Assembly: GCA_963804235.1 (NCBI GenBank)
Contig: CAWDPP010000057.1
Location: 13,603 to 77,602, forward strand
Length of the DNA: 64,000 bases
Source of the DNA: an uncultured Alphaproteobacteria bacterium
Lineage (GTDB): Bacteria; Pseudomonadota; Alphaproteobacteria; ATCC43930; CGMCC-115725
Direction of reading: 5' to 3'
Shown here piece after piece: positions 1 to 10,110 of this stretch. Both the position numbers and the translations under genes were made by a program. A model generated the notes under the pieces. That model was given only the letters and a program-made list of their open reading frames with translations. It had not been told where the DNA came from and searched no databases. Each line of letters starts with the position of its first letter. Positions within the stretch are counted from its first letter, which is position 1.

Positions 1-1485
1 GCCGTGGTCTCGTCGAGGCGGCGGCGCGGCGCCAGATGCGGCGCGGTGCGGAAGAATTCGGGATCGCCCGCCTTGGCGCGCGCGGCCAAGCGCCGCAGCA
101 CGGCGATGAAGCGGTCGAGCCCGGCCTTGCTCTCGTTCTCGGTCGGCTCGATCAAGAGCGCGCCATGCACGACGAGCGGGAAATACATCGTCATCGGATG
201 GAAGCCCTCGTCGATCAGCGCCTTGGCGAAATCGAGCGTGGTGACGCCGGTGCCGTCGAGGAAGCGGTCGTCGAACAGCACCTCGTGCATCGCCGGCCCG
301 GGATATGACGGCGTCATCACGTCCTGCAAGCGCGCGAGGAGATAGTTCGCGTTCAGCACCGCGTCGCCCGAGACGAAGCGCAAGCCGTCGGCGCCGTGGC
401 TCATCATGAAGGCGAGCGCGCGCACGAACATGCCCATCTGGCCGTGGAATTCCTTGATGCGACCGATGGTGCGGGACGCATCGCCCTCGGCCCGCTCGAC
501 CAGGCGAAAGCCCTGCGCGTCATGCACGACCCACGGCAATGGCGCGTAGGGCGCGAGGCTCTGCGGCCAGCACGACCGGCCCGCTGCCCGGCCCGCCGCC
601 GCCATGCGGCGTCGAGAACGTCTTGTGCAGGTTGATGTGCATGCAGTCGATGCCGAGATCGCCCGGCCGCACGCGCCCGACCAGCGCGTTGAAATTGGCG
701 CCGTCGAGATAGAAATAGGCCCCGGCCGCGTGCACCGCCGCCGCGATCTCCGCCATCTCGTCCTCGAACAGGCCGCACGTGTTGGGGCTCGTCAGCATGA
801 TGGCGGCGACGTCGGCGCCGAGCTTCGCCTTCAACGCCGCGAGATCGACGCGCCCGCGCTCGTTCGCCGCGATGGCATCGACCTCGTAGCCGCAGGTGGC
901 GGCGGTGGCGGGATTGGTGCCGTGCGCCGATTCCGGCACGAGCACGCGTTTCCGCCGCTCGCCCTTCGCGTCGAGCGCGGCGGTGATGCACATCATGCCG
1001 CAGAGCTCGCCGTGCGCGCCCGCGGCGGGCGGCATCGCCACCGCCGGCATGCCGGTCAGCACCTTCAGCCAGTGCGCGAGGCGGTCGATCAGCTCGAGCG
1101 CGCCCTGCACGGTCGAGACCGGCTGCAGCGGATGGATGTCGCCGAAACCGGGCAGCCGCGCCATCTTCTCGTTCAAGCGCGGATTGTGCTTCATGGTGCA
1201 CGAGCCCAAGGGATAGAGCCCGGTGTCGATGCCGTAATTCTTTTGCGAGAGCCGCGTGAAGTGGCGGATCACTTGCGGCTCGCTGAGGCCGGGCAAGCCG
1301 ATGGCGCCCGCGCGCCGCAATCCGCCGAGCAAGTCCGCGCCCGGCGCGGGCGCGGGCCAATCGACGCCGCTCCTGCCCTCCTCGCCCTGCTCGAACAGCA
1401 ATAGTTCGTCGATCTCGAGCGCGGGATGCTCGTGCGCGCCCGTGTCCGGCGCGAAGGACGACACCGCCTTGCTCCAGTCGCTCAT
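1..1485 (-). CDS. gcvPB: glycine dehydrogenase (decarboxylating) subunit 2 (GcvPB); 3' end outside window; split by one apparent indel near 555-575
   Basis: Minus-strand ATG at 1485 overlaps the gcvPA stop (ATGA). It opens MSDWSKAV...[39 protein letters not shown]...[20 protein letters not shown], the P-protein subunit 2 region. The track ORF stops at 520. My translation of the adjacent frame continues [21 protein letters not shown]...[35 protein letters not shown]...RRRLDETT down to position 1. Confidence 0.9.
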
Positions 1486-2819
1486 CTGAGCGCCTCCCGG
1501 AGCGCCGCGACGAATACGTCCATCTCGTCGTCCGTGTTGGTCTCGGTCGCGGCGACGAGCAGCAGGTTCTTGTGCTCGGGCCAGAACCGGCTCGCCGGCA
1601 CGCCGCCGAGGATGCGCTTGGCGGCAAGCGCCTCGACGATCGGCGCCGCGGGACGCGCGAGCTCGAGCGTGAATTCGTTGAAGAAGCTGTCGTTCAGAAT
1701 CTTCACGCCCGGCACCGCCGCAAGTTTCTGCGCCAGCTTGCGCGCCTTGGCGTGGTTGAGCGCGGCCAGGCGCGCAAATCCGTCCTCGCCCAGAAGCGCC
1801 ATGTGGATCACGAAGCCGAGCGCACAGAGGCCGGCATTGGTGCAGATGTTGCTCGTCGCCTTCTCGCGCCGGATATGCTGCTCGCGCGCCGACAGCGTGA
1901 GCACGAACCCGCGCCGCCCCTCGGCGTCGTGCGTCTGCCCCGCAAGCCGCCCCGGCATCTGCCGCACATATTTGTCGCGCGTCGCGAACAGGCCGAGATA
2001 GGGCCCGCCGAAGGCGAGCGCGTTGCCGATCGGCGCGCCCTCGCCCGCGACGATGTCGGCGCCCATCTGGCCCGGCGGCACGACGAGGCCCAGCGATACC
2101 GGCTCCGTCACCACGGCGACCAAGAGCGCGCCCGCCTTGCGGCACGCCTCGGCGAGCGGCGCGAGATCGCGCAGATGGCCGAAGAAGCCGGGATTCTGCG
2201 CGACGACGCACGAGGTCTCGCCGTCGATGAGCGATGAAGGATCGTCGTTGCCCGCGGGATCAGGCGGGCGCGCCGCGACATCGAAGAGGTTGAAGCGCGC
2301 ATAGGTCGCGATCGTCTCGACGTAATGCGGATGAAGGTTGCCGGCGAGCACCGCCTTCTTCCGCCGCGTCAGGCGGTTCGCCATCATCACCGCCTCGGCC
2401 GCCGCGGTCGCGCCGTCGTAGAGCGAGGCGTTCGCCACCTCCATGCCGGTGATGAGCGCGACTTGCGTCTGGAACTCGAACAGCGCCTGGAGCGTGCCTT
2501 GCGCGATCTCGGGCTGATAGGGCGTGTAGGAGGTCAGGAACTCGCCGCGCTGCACGAGGTAGTCGACCGCGGCCGGCACGTGATGGCGATAGGCGCCGCA
2601 GCCGAGGAAACTCGGCACGCTGCCCGCGGGAATGTTCTTGGCAGCGAGTTTCTGCAGATCGCGCTCGACTTCGAGCTCGCCAAGGCCATGCGGCAGATCG
2701 ACCGGGCGCTCGAGCAGCGCGGCTTTCGGCACGCCGCGATAAAGCGCCTCGACCGATGCGGCGCCGATATCGCGCAGCATCGCGCTCCGGTCGGCATCGG
2801 TCAGCGACAGATAGCGCAT
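1482..2819 (-). CDS. gcvPA: glycine dehydrogenase (decarboxylating) subunit 1 (GcvPA)
   Basis: ATG at 2819 gives [19 protein letters not shown]...[24 protein letters not shown]...[17 protein letters not shown], about 445 aa. Its stop overlaps the gcvPB ATG. The 640-aa track ORF is this gene read through upstream into gcvH. Confidence 0.93.
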   Translation of the reverse strand: MRYLSLTDADRSAMLRDIGAASVEALYRGVPKAALLERPVDLPHGLGELEVERDLQKLAAKNIPAGSVPSFLGCGAYRHHVPAAVDYLVQRGEFLTSYTPYQPEIAQGTLQALFEFQTQVALITGMEVANASLYDGATAAAEAVMMANRLTRRKKAVLAGNLHPHYVETIATYARFNLFDVAARPPDPAGNDDPSSLIDGETSCVVAQNPGFFGHLRDLAPLAEACRKAGALLVAVVTEPVSLGLVVPPGQMGADIVAGEGAPIGNALAFGGPYLGLFATRDKYVRQMPGRLAGQTHDAEGRRGFVLTLSAREQHIRREKATSNICTNAGLCALGFVIHMALLGEDGFARLAALNHAKARKLAQKLAAVPGVKILNDSFFNEFTLELARPAAPIVEALAAKRILGGVPASRFWPEHKNLLLVAATETNTDDEMDVFVAALREALR

Positions 2820-3197
2820 CAGCCGAGCCCTTCGACGAGTTTCTGGTACGCCGCCTCGTCCATCAGCCCGTCGAGCTCCTTCGCGTCCGCGAGCTTCAGC
2901 TTGAAGAACCAGCCCTCGCCCATCGGGTCGGAATTGACCTTCGCCGGATCGTCGGCGAGCGCCGCGTTGGCGCCCGTCACCTCGCCCGAGACGGGCGCAT
3001 AGACCTCGCTCGCCGCCTTCACCAATTCGACGACCGCCGCCTCCTTGCCCTGCGTCGACGCTCTTGCCCAATTCCGGCAGCTCGACATAGACGATGTCGC
3101 CGAGCTGCGTCTGCGCGTAGTCGGTGATGCCGATCACCGCTTCGTCGCCGTCGATCCGCACCCACTCGTGATCCTTGGTGAATCGGAGAATGCTCAT
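2819..3197 (-). CDS. gcvH: glycine cleavage system H protein; frame broken by one inserted base
   Basis: ATG at 3197 gives [50 protein letters not shown]. The frame then jumps to [22 protein letters not shown]...[10 protein letters not shown] (lipoyl-lysine context VKAAS). Removing one C from the C3 run at 3048-3050 restores a single 125-aa frame. The stop overlaps the gcvPA ATG (TGATG). Confidence 0.9.
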
Positions 3198-3216
3198 CTC
3201 GGCTCCTCGGCGCTCT

Positions 3217-4308
3217 TCAGGCTTTGTAGCGATGCGGCACGAACGGCAGGGATGCGACGCGCGCGGCGCGCGTCGTCCCGCGCACGACGAGGCCCAATTC
3301 GGTCCCGGGCGCGGCGGAAGCGGCCTCGACATAGCCCATGGCGACGGGCCCGCCGACGCTCGGACCGAAGCCGCCGCTGGTGACGCGGCCCAAGGCGCGG
3401 CCATCCTTCGCCACGATCGCCGTCTCCTCGCGCGCCGGCGCCTTGTCGGCGGGCTTCACGCCCACACGCTTGCGGGCCGCGCCCTCGGCAAGCTGCCGCG
3501 CGATCACCGCCGCGCCCGGATATCCGCCTTCGGCGCGCCGGCGCTTGGCGATGGTCCAGCCGAGCGCAGCTTCGATCGGCGTCGTCGTCTCGTCGATGTC
3601 GTGGCCCCAAAGGCAGAGCCCCGCCTCGAGGCGCAGCGTGTCGCGCGCGCCCAATCCCGCAGGCTTCACCTCGGGCTCGGCGAGAAGCCGGCGCGCCAGG
3701 CGCTCCGCCGCCTCGCCGGGGACGGAAATCTCGAACCCGTCCTCGCCGGTATAGCCCGAGCGCGACACCACCGCCGCGATGCCGGCGAGCGTCGCCGGCG
3801 CCGCGCTCATGAACGGCAACGCCGCGATCCCCGGCGCGAGGCGCTCGAGCACGGACGCGGCGGCCGGGCCTTGCAGCGCCAGCAGCGCGCGCTCCGGCAA
3901 CGGCTGCACCTCGGCGATGTGCCGGCGCAAATGCGCGATGTCGAAGTCCTTGCGCGCGGCGTTGACGACAAGGAACAGATGATCGCCGCGGTTCGTCACC
4001 ATGAGGTCGTCGAGAATGCCGCCCGCATCGTTCGTGAAAAGCGTGTAGCGCATGCGGCCTGGCGCCAGCCCCACGATGTCGCCCGGCACCAGCGCTTCGA
4101 GCGCCCGCGCGGCGCCCGGCCCGTCGAGCCGCACCTGCCCCATATGCGACACGTCGAACAGCGACGCGGCGCTGCGCGTGTGCAGATGCTCGGCCAGGAT
4201 CCCGGCCGGATACTGCACCGGCATGTCGTAGCCCGCGAACGGCACCATCTTGGCGCCGAGGCTCAGATGCAGGTCGTGAAGCGGCGTGCGCGCGAGGGCA
4301 TCGGCCAT
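3217..4308 (-). CDS. gcvT: aminomethyltransferase (glycine cleavage T protein)
   Basis: Intact 363-aa [61 protein letters not shown] is a typical T-protein N-terminus. It lies 19 nt upstream of gcvH. Confidence 0.93.
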   Translation of the reverse strand: MADALARTPLHDLHLSLGAKMVPFAGYDMPVQYPAGILAEHLHTRSAASLFDVSHMGQVRLDGPGAARALEALVPGDIVGLAPGRMRYTLFTNDAGGILDDLMVTNRGDHLFLVVNAARKDFDIAHLRRHIAEVQPLPERALLALQGPAAASVLERLAPGIAALPFMSAAPATLAGIAAVVSRSGYTGEDGFEISVPGEAAERLARRLLAEPEVKPAGLGARDTLRLEAGLCLWGHDIDETTTPIEAALGWTIAKRRRAEGGYPGAAVIARQLAEGAARKRVGVKPADKAPAREETAIVAKDGRALGRVTSGGFGPSVGGPVAMGYVEAASAAPGTELGLVVRGTTRAARVASLPFVPHRYKA

Positions 4309-4342
4309 GCGCGCATCATAGCACCGTCGTGCGCGGGGGCGC

Positions 4343-5263
4343 TTAGGGTGCCGTGGCGGGGAGGTGCTGCGCCTCGATGCGCCGCGCCTGCTCCGCGCGC
4401 GCCGGGCGCGAGCGCAGATCGAGCCGCAGCGTCAGGCAGAAGGCCGAGCCGCCGCTGCGCGCGAACGATGCGAGCGAGGTCTCGATGACGCGGTAGCCGC
4501 GCTCGCCCAGGCGCTCGCGCAGCTCGTCGCCGCAGCGCGACATGACGATCGCATCATCGATGCAGACGGCGTTGGCGGCGAGATGCGCCGCGTCCTCGGG
4601 CGCGACCGCGATGCGCAGCTCGGGCTGCACGCGCGCGTGGATCTCGGCCAGCCCTTCGTCAGTGAAGGCTTCCGGCACATAGATGAGTTCGCCGCCCGAC
4701 AGCGGATTGAGCGCCGTGTCCATGTGATAAAAGCGCGGGTCGGCGAGCCGGAGCGCCACCGTCTCGACGCCGAGCATGTCCTCGACATAAGGCCGCGCCG
4801 TCAGGCTCGAGCGCGGCCCGTGCCCCATCCAGTAGAGCTGCCGCGTGGCATCGAACACGCAATCGCCCGCGCCTTCCATGAAGACGCCGTCGGGCAGCTC
4901 CAGAATCTCCGCGATCAGTCCCTTCGCCTGGAGTTTCTCGAACGCGCGGCGGAAGACCGGCTCCTCGCCCTGCCGCTCGGGATGGCGGAAGCGCGCCAGC
5001 AGCGCCTTGCCGTCCATCACCACGGCGGAGTTGGCGGTGAAGACGAGATCGGGCAGGCCGGGCTCGGGCGGCACCAGCGCGATCTCGGCGCCGAGGTCCT
5101 TGAGCCGCGCATGGAGCGCGCGCCATTCGCGCCGCGCCGCCGCGGTCAGCGACTTCGCCTCGCTCGCCCAGCTCTTCGGGTCCATCCACGGATTGATGGC
5201 ATAGGTCACGCCGAAATGCTTCGGCCGGCACATCAGGATGCGCGGGGCGTTGTTCTTTGCCAT
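4343..5263 (-). CDS. guanidino-group-modifying enzyme superfamily protein (amidinotransferase / DDAH / arginine-deiminase-like)
   Basis: Intact 306-aa ORF. The N-terminus [20 protein letters not shown] and the C-terminal [12 protein letters not shown] (Cys near the C-terminus) fit this fold. It lies 24 nt downstream of rocD and 34 nt upstream of gcvT on the same strand. Confidence 0.7.
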   Translation of the reverse strand: MAKNNAPRILMCRPKHFGVTYAINPWMDPKSWASEAKSLTAAARREWRALHARLKDLGAEIALVPPEPGLPDLVFTANSAVVMDGKALLARFRHPERQGEEPVFRRAFEKLQAKGLIAEILELPDGVFMEGAGDCVFDATRQLYWMGHGPRSSLTARPYVEDMLGVETVALRLADPRFYHMDTALNPLSGGELIYVPEAFTDEGLAEIHARVQPELRIAVAPEDAAHLAANAVCIDDAIVMSRCGDELRERLGERGYRVIETSLASFARSGGSAFCLTLRLDLRSRPARAEQARRIEAQHLPATAP

Positions 5264-5287
5264 TTTCTTCTCCTTTATTCTTCTCTT

Positions 5288-6519
5288 TTACGCGGCGGGA
5301 CGGAGATGGCTCTCTTCGATCTCGCGCAGCACGTCCGCGAACCGGTCGAGCGCCCAGTCGAGATCCGATTGGGCGATGACGAGCGGCGGCGCGAAGCGCA
5401 CGACCGTGTCGTGCGTGTCCTTCGACAGCACGCCCTTGGCGATGAGGCGCTCGCACACCTCGCGCGCGCCGGCGTAGGCGGGATCGATCTCGGCGCCGGC
5501 GAGAAGCCCGCGCCCGCGCACGTCGGTCAGCACCGGGCTCTTGATCGCGCGCGAGCCGCGCCAGCATGCGCGCGCCGAGCATGCGGCTGCGCTCGACGAG
5601 CCCCTCGTCCTCCATCACCGCAAGCGCCTCGAGCCCGACGGCAGCGGCGAGCGGGTTGCCGCCGAAGGTCGAGCCGTGCGAGCCCGGCGTGAACACGTCC
5701 ATGAGCGCGCGCTTTGCCGACGAGCGCCGAGACCGGCAGCACGCCGCCGCCCAGCGCCTTGCCGAGCACGAGCCCGTCCGGCACCGCGTTCTCGTGCTGG
5801 AACGCGAACCATGCGCCGGTGCGGCCCAATCCGGTCTGCACCTCGTCGAAGATGAGGAGGATGCCGGCCTCGTCGCAGATGCGCCGCAAGCCCGCGAGAT
5901 AGCCCGGCGGCGGCACGACGATCCCGCCCTCGCCCTGGATCGGCTCGATCAGGATCGCCGCCGTCTCGGGCGTGATCGCGCGCCGCATCGCCTCGAGGTC
6001 GCCGAACGGAACGGCGCGGAAGCCCGGCGTGAACGGCCCGAACCCGTCGCGGTAGGAGTCCTCGCTCGAGAACCCGACGATGGTCGTGGTGCGGCCGTGG
6101 AAATTCCCATCGGCGACGATGATCTCGGCGCGGCCCTCGGCGATGCCCTTGACGCGATAGCCCCAGCGCCGCGCGCCCTTGATCGCGGTCTCGACCGCCT
6201 CGGCGCCGGTGTTCATCGGCAGCGCGCGGTCGAGCCCGGTCACTTGGCACAGCTTCGCCAGGAACGGCCCGAGCCGGTCGCTGTGATATGCGCGCGAGGA
6301 GACGGCCAGGCGCCGCGCCTGGCCTTCGAGCGCCGCCAGGATACGCGGATGGGCGTGGCCGTGGCTCACGGCGGAATAGGCGCTCATCATGTCGATGTAG
6401 CGCTTGCCGTCTTCATCCCAGAGATAAGCCCCCTCCCCGCGCGTCAGCACGACCGCAAGCGGGTCGTAATTGCGGGCGGCCCAGCGGGCCTCGAGCTCGA
6501 TCGAATCCATGGCGCGCAT
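5288..6519 (-). CDS. rocD: ornithine--oxo-acid aminotransferase (class III aminotransferase); two frame breaks
   Basis: The gene is spread over three frames. First: [55 protein letters not shown]...[21 protein letters not shown]...[14 protein letters not shown]. Second: [27 protein letters not shown]. Third: [17 protein letters not shown]...[14 protein letters not shown]. One break sits at the T3 run 5713-5715 and the other near 5555-5562. Confidence 0.88.
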
Positions 6520-6623
6520 CCTCTTACAACGCGCGTATTAATTGCTCATTGAACGCTGCAAGACGCGCCGAAGTCCGGGGTCGAAACAGCAGAATCTGTC
6601 GAATTTGCCGATGTTTCCGGCAA

Positions 6624-7119
6624 TTATCTGCTGCGCGGGGAAAGCAGCGCCGCCGGGTATCCCGCGAATCGCCGGACCGCCCTGAGCACGACGTGGCTGA
6701 CGATGCGGCCGACGCCGAGCCCGGCGTCCAGCAGCTCGGATGTCAGCTCCTCGTAGCGGGTCAAGATCGGCGCACACGATGCGCGCGACATAGTCGAAGG
6801 CGCCGCTCACCTCCCAGCATTCGACGATCTCGTCGATCGTCTTGAGGCGGCGCTCGACCTGGTCGCGCCGCGCGCCGCTGTCGAGCTCGATCTCCGAGAT
6901 CACCGTCACCGGCCGCGACAGGCGGTCGATGTCGATCGCGGCCGCGAAGCCGGTGACGATGCCGGCGGCGGTGAGGCGGCGCACGCGCTCGAGGCAGGGG
7001 CGCGGCGTCAAGCCGACGCGGCTTGCGAGCGCGTCATAGGTCATGCGCCCGTCGCGTTGCAGCGCCGCCAGGATCTTGACGTCGATCGCATCGAGCCCGC
7101 GCGTCTTCCGTGCCGGCAT
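6624..7119 (-). CDS. Lrp/AsnC family transcriptional regulator; one frame break near 6770
   Basis: MPARKTRGLDAIDVKILAALQRDGRMTYDALASRVGLTPRPCLERVRRLTAAGIVTGF is the AsnC-type HTH. It is followed by ...IVECWEVSGAFDYVARIVCADL. The tail TRYEELTSELLDAGLGVGRIVSHVVLRAV appears in the neighbouring frame and ends at TAA 6624-6626. Confidence 0.85.
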
Positions 7120-7168
7120 GAGGCGAGCGTACAAATATCGCCGTTCGCGCGCCATCCTCCCTCTCGCT

Positions 7169-7242
7169 GTCATTGCGAGGAGCGTCAGCGACGACGCAAT
7201 CCCATTCCGGCCCGGGGATTGCTTCGCTGCGCTCGCAATGAC
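7169..7242. repeat. REP-A palindromic intergenic element (full copy)
   Basis: Sequence gtcattgcgagg...gcaatcc...ggggattgcttcgctgcgctcgcaatgac, with outer arms GTCATTGCGAG / CTCGCAATGAC. The same core GGGGATTGCTTCG...CTCGCAATGAC recurs at 28272, 32429 and 54644. Confidence 0.85.
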
Positions 7243-7270
7243 AATCGGGAAAGCTGCTAAGACTTCCCCC

Positions 7271-8215
7271 ATGACCGGCGACATCACGTATCGGCCGATG
7301 CGCGAAGCGGACCTCGCGGCGGCCGACCGCGTCTTCCGCCTGTCGTTCGGCACCTGGTTCGGCCTCGCCGATCCGATGCAGTTCCGCGGCGGCGAGCCGG
7401 GCCTGTTCGAGCCGCGCTTCTGGTCCTATCCCGACGGCGGCACGCTCGCCTGGCGCGACGGCGAGATGGTCGGCCTCTCCTACGCCAGCCGCTGGGGCAG
7501 CCTCGGCGTGCTCGGGCCCGTGGCGGTGCTGCCGGAGCTGTGGCGGCACGGCGTGGCGCGCCGCCTCGTCGCCGCCGCGCTCGACATCTTCGCGCGCTGG
7601 CACGCGCCGCTCGCCGGGCTCTTCACCTTCCCGCAAAGCCCGCTCCATCTGCGCCTCTACCAGTCGTTCGATTTCTGGCCGCGCCATCTCTCGCCCGTGA
7701 TGGCGAAGGCGGTGGGCCCGAAAGCGCCGGTGCCGGACGCGGTCTCGCTCGCCGCCTCGCCCGATCGCGCGGCGCTTGCCGCCCTTTGCCGCGAGCTTGC
7801 CGGGACGCTCTATCCCGGGCTCGATCTCGGGCGCGAGATCGCGGTCGTGCTGGAGCGCGGCCCCGGCGACGTGCTGGCGCTGGTCGAGGGCTCGCGCGTC
7901 ATGGGCTTCGCCATCTGTCCGTGCGGCGCGGGCAGCGAGGCCGGCTCGAAGCAGGCCTACATGAAGTTCGCGATGGTGCGCGGCGGCCCGGGCGCGGCCG
8001 ATCGGCTGCGCCGCCTCATCGCCGCGTGCGAGATCTATGCCGGCGCGCGCGGCGTCGCGAAACTCACCTGCGGCACCTCGACCGGGCGGATCGGCGCCTA
8101 CCGCGTGCTGTGCGAGCTCGGATTTCGCACCGAGCTGCCGGGCGTGATGATGCACCGGCCCTATGGCCCGGCCTATGACGGACCCGACGACTGGGTGCTG
8201 GACGACTGGCGCTGA
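7271..8215 (+). CDS. GNAT family N-acetyltransferase (tentative)
   Basis: 314-aa reading from ATG 7271 (MTGDITYRPMREADLAAADRVF...). The segment VAVLPELWRHGVARRLVAAAL resembles the acetyl-CoA-binding region. The 390-aa track ORF starts inside the REP element and is unlikely. Confidence 0.65.
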   Translation: MTGDITYRPMREADLAAADRVFRLSFGTWFGLADPMQFRGGEPGLFEPRFWSYPDGGTLAWRDGEMVGLSYASRWGSLGVLGPVAVLPELWRHGVARRLVAAALDIFARWHAPLAGLFTFPQSPLHLRLYQSFDFWPRHLSPVMAKAVGPKAPVPDAVSLAASPDRAALAALCRELAGTLYPGLDLGREIAVVLERGPGDVLALVEGSRVMGFAICPCGAGSEAGSKQAYMKFAMVRGGPGAADRLRRLIAACEIYAGARGVAKLTCGTSTGRIGAYRVLCELGFRTELPGVMMHRPYGPAYDGPDDWVLDDWR

Positions 8216-8255
8216 ACCACCTTTCGGCCGCCCGAGGCCGGCGCGGGCGCAGATT

Positions 8256-8519
8256 TCATGGCCCATGCCCATCCATGCCCATCGCGCCGTCTGCGCGAGC
8301 GGGCCTTTTTCGGCACAAGTTATTGAAATGACTGTGTAATACGTTCATGGTTCCGTTTCCGCCACGGTCTCGCAATCGCTCTCCCGGTACTTTCAATCAC
8401 TTTTGGCGCGCCGCTGCTTCGGAAATTCGGGGGTTTGTCGCAGTCTCCGCCGCCCTTCGCCGAGCCTCGCCGCGGCCGGCTCCGGCGAACGTATTTGTAT
8501 CCTGTTTGCGTACGACTGT
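8256..8519. other. decayed partial duplicate of the terS-5'-end / orf157 / toxin-leader segment found at 25514-26136
   Basis: The 23-mer catgcccatccatgcccatcgcg at 8264-8286 is identical to 25522-25544. On the minus strand this is ATGGGCATGGATGGGCATG, the first codons of terS; here it reads MGMDGHGP-stop. tgtatcctgtttgcgtacgactgt at 8496-8519 matches 26113-26136 at 21 of 24 positions. Patchy similarity lies in between (gcctttttcggcac vs gccattttccggac; acttttggcgcg vs actttcggcgcg; gtcgcagtctccgc vs gtcagtccgc). About 360 nt are missing relative to the long copy. Confidence 0.7.
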
Positions 8520-9919
8520 CAAGCGCCAACGGGGCGGCGCGCGCGCCACGTCATGGCGCGCTCATAGGCATGGGCGGCGCGCAGCACCGTCGGCTCGTCG
8601 AACGGCCGGGCGATCAACTGCATCGCCAGCGGCAAGACCCTCTTCGCCGTAGCCGGTGCAGATGGAGAGCGCCGGGAATCCGGTGACGTTGCAGGCCGAG
8701 GTGAAATTCGGCTGCTCGACGATGCCCCATTTCGGCACGCGGTCGATGCGCGGCGCCTCGGCCGGCACGGTCGCGGTGAGGAGGATGTCGTGCGCGCGCA
8801 TCGCGCGCGTCATCTCGGCGGTGAGATCGCGGCGGCGGCGCTGCGCCTCGATGTAGTCGGTGGCGCCGATGAGCGCGCCCAGGACCAGCCGGTCGCGCAG
8901 CAGCTCGCCGTATTTCTCCATGCTGTTCCGCATCCATCCGGCGTGGATGCAGAAGCCCTCGGCGAGCAGGATGACGAGGCCGCAGGCGCGCCACTCGACG
9001 AGCGGCGAGAGCTTCACGTCGCTGATCTCCGCGCCCTCGCGCCGGAAGAAATCGATGGCGCCTTCGAGGCCGTTGCGCGTCGCCTCGTTGACCGGGTTCT
9101 CGCGCTCGTGGAAATCGCGCACGACGCCGATGCGCAAGCCCTTCACGCCATCGTTGAGGCGCGCGCGAGAAATCCGGCACGGGGCGCTCTGCGCTCGCCG
9201 GATCCTCGGCGTCGTAGCCGGCGACGGCCTGCAGCAGGATGGCGCAATCCTCGGCCGTCCACGCCATCGGCCCGGCATGGTCGAGCGACCACGCGAGCGG
9301 GATCACGCCGGTGCGCGGCACGAGCCCGTAGGTCGGCTTCAGGCCGGCGAGCCCGCAGAGCGCGGCCGGGAGCCGGATCGAGCCGCCCGTGTCCGAGCCC
9401 ATGCCGCCCAGGATCATGCCGCTCGCCACCGCCGCGCCGGTGCCGCTCGACGAGCCGCCGGTGAAGTGATCCGTGTGCCACGGGTTGCGCGCCGGCGGCC
9501 ACGGCAAATCGAAGGACGGGCCGCCGAACGCGAATTCGTGCGTCGCGAGCTTGCCGAGAAGCACCGTGCCCGCATCGGCGAGGCGCTTGGTGCATGTGGA
9601 GTCGCGTTCCGGCCTGCGGCCCAACAGCTGGCGCGAATGCGCCGTCGTCGGCATGTCCTTGGTGTCGTAGATGTCCTTCAAACCGATCGGGATGCCGTGC
9701 AGCTTTGCTGCGCGGGCCGTCCTTGGGATCGCCGCTCTCGGCCGCGCGCGCCTTTGCCAGCGCGCCCTCGGCGTCGAGATGGAGGAACGCATGGAGCGCG
9801 GGGTCGAGCCGCGCGATGCGGTCGAGGCAGGCGCGCGTGAGCTCCACGGGCGAGAGCGCGCGCTTGGCGATGAGCGAGGCCGCTTCGGCGATCGTCCAGA
9901 ATTCGCCGCCGCCGCTCAC
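8519..9919 (-). CDS. amidase-signature family amidase (GatA/AtzE-like); about three frame breaks
   Basis: GTG at 9919 overlaps the stop of the upstream small ORF (GTGA). It opens SGGGEFWTIAEAASLIAKRALSPVELTRACLDRIARLDP. Signature blocks present: LHGIPIGLKDIYDTKDMPTTAHS, HFTGGSSSGTGAAVASG, GSDTGGSIRLPAALCGLAGLKPTYGLV. The tail is CNVTGFPALSICTGYGEE..LPLAMQLIARPFDEPTVLRAAHAYE. The pieces lie in three frames, with breaks near 9710, 9160 and 8640. Confidence 0.85.
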
Positions 9920-10110
9920 CGCGCGTCTTTCGGCATTTCGTAGATCGTCGCGGGCTCGGCCTCGGGCGGCACGTGGCCGCGCACGCGCGCGATGAGCAGC
10001 TCGAGGCTGCCCCAGGCGCGATAGATCTCGGCCTTCTGCGGCTCCGACAAGGTGAGCCCGGCGCGCGCCAGCAGAGCGTCGAACTCGGCGCGGGTGAGGG
10101 CCGCCGTCAT
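9916..10110 (-). CDS. small amidase-partner protein (AtzG/DUF4089-like, GatC-analogous); tentative
   Basis: 64-aa ORF MTAALTRAEFDALLARAGLTLSEPQKAEIYRAWGSLELLIARVRGH.... It is coupled on both sides: ATGA overlap with the dioxygenase stop and GTGA overlap with the amidase start. Size and position match the small subunits that accompany AtzE-type amidases. Confidence 0.55.
   Translation of the reverse strand: MTAALTRAEFDALLARAGLTLSEPQKAEIYRAWGSLELLIARVRGHVPPEAEPATIYEMPKDAR

Noticed and set aside
4309-4342. Glycine riboswitch upstream of gcvT
   Set aside because: Only 34 nt are available, and I found no conserved riboswitch cores here or in the adjacent 3' coding region by eye. This needs a covariance-model scan to be certain.
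7034-8272. 412-aa minus-strand ORF
   Set aside because: It is antisense to the GNAT gene and runs through the REP-A element and the terS relic. It has an Arg/Ala/Gly-rich composition typical of shadow ORFs in GC-rich DNA and no recognisable motif.
8320-8529. 69-aa minus-strand and 101-aa plus-strand ORFs in the GNAT-amidase gap
   Set aside because: They lie in the decayed duplicate of the orf157 region, with no SD or motif support. This is better explained as relic non-coding DNA.
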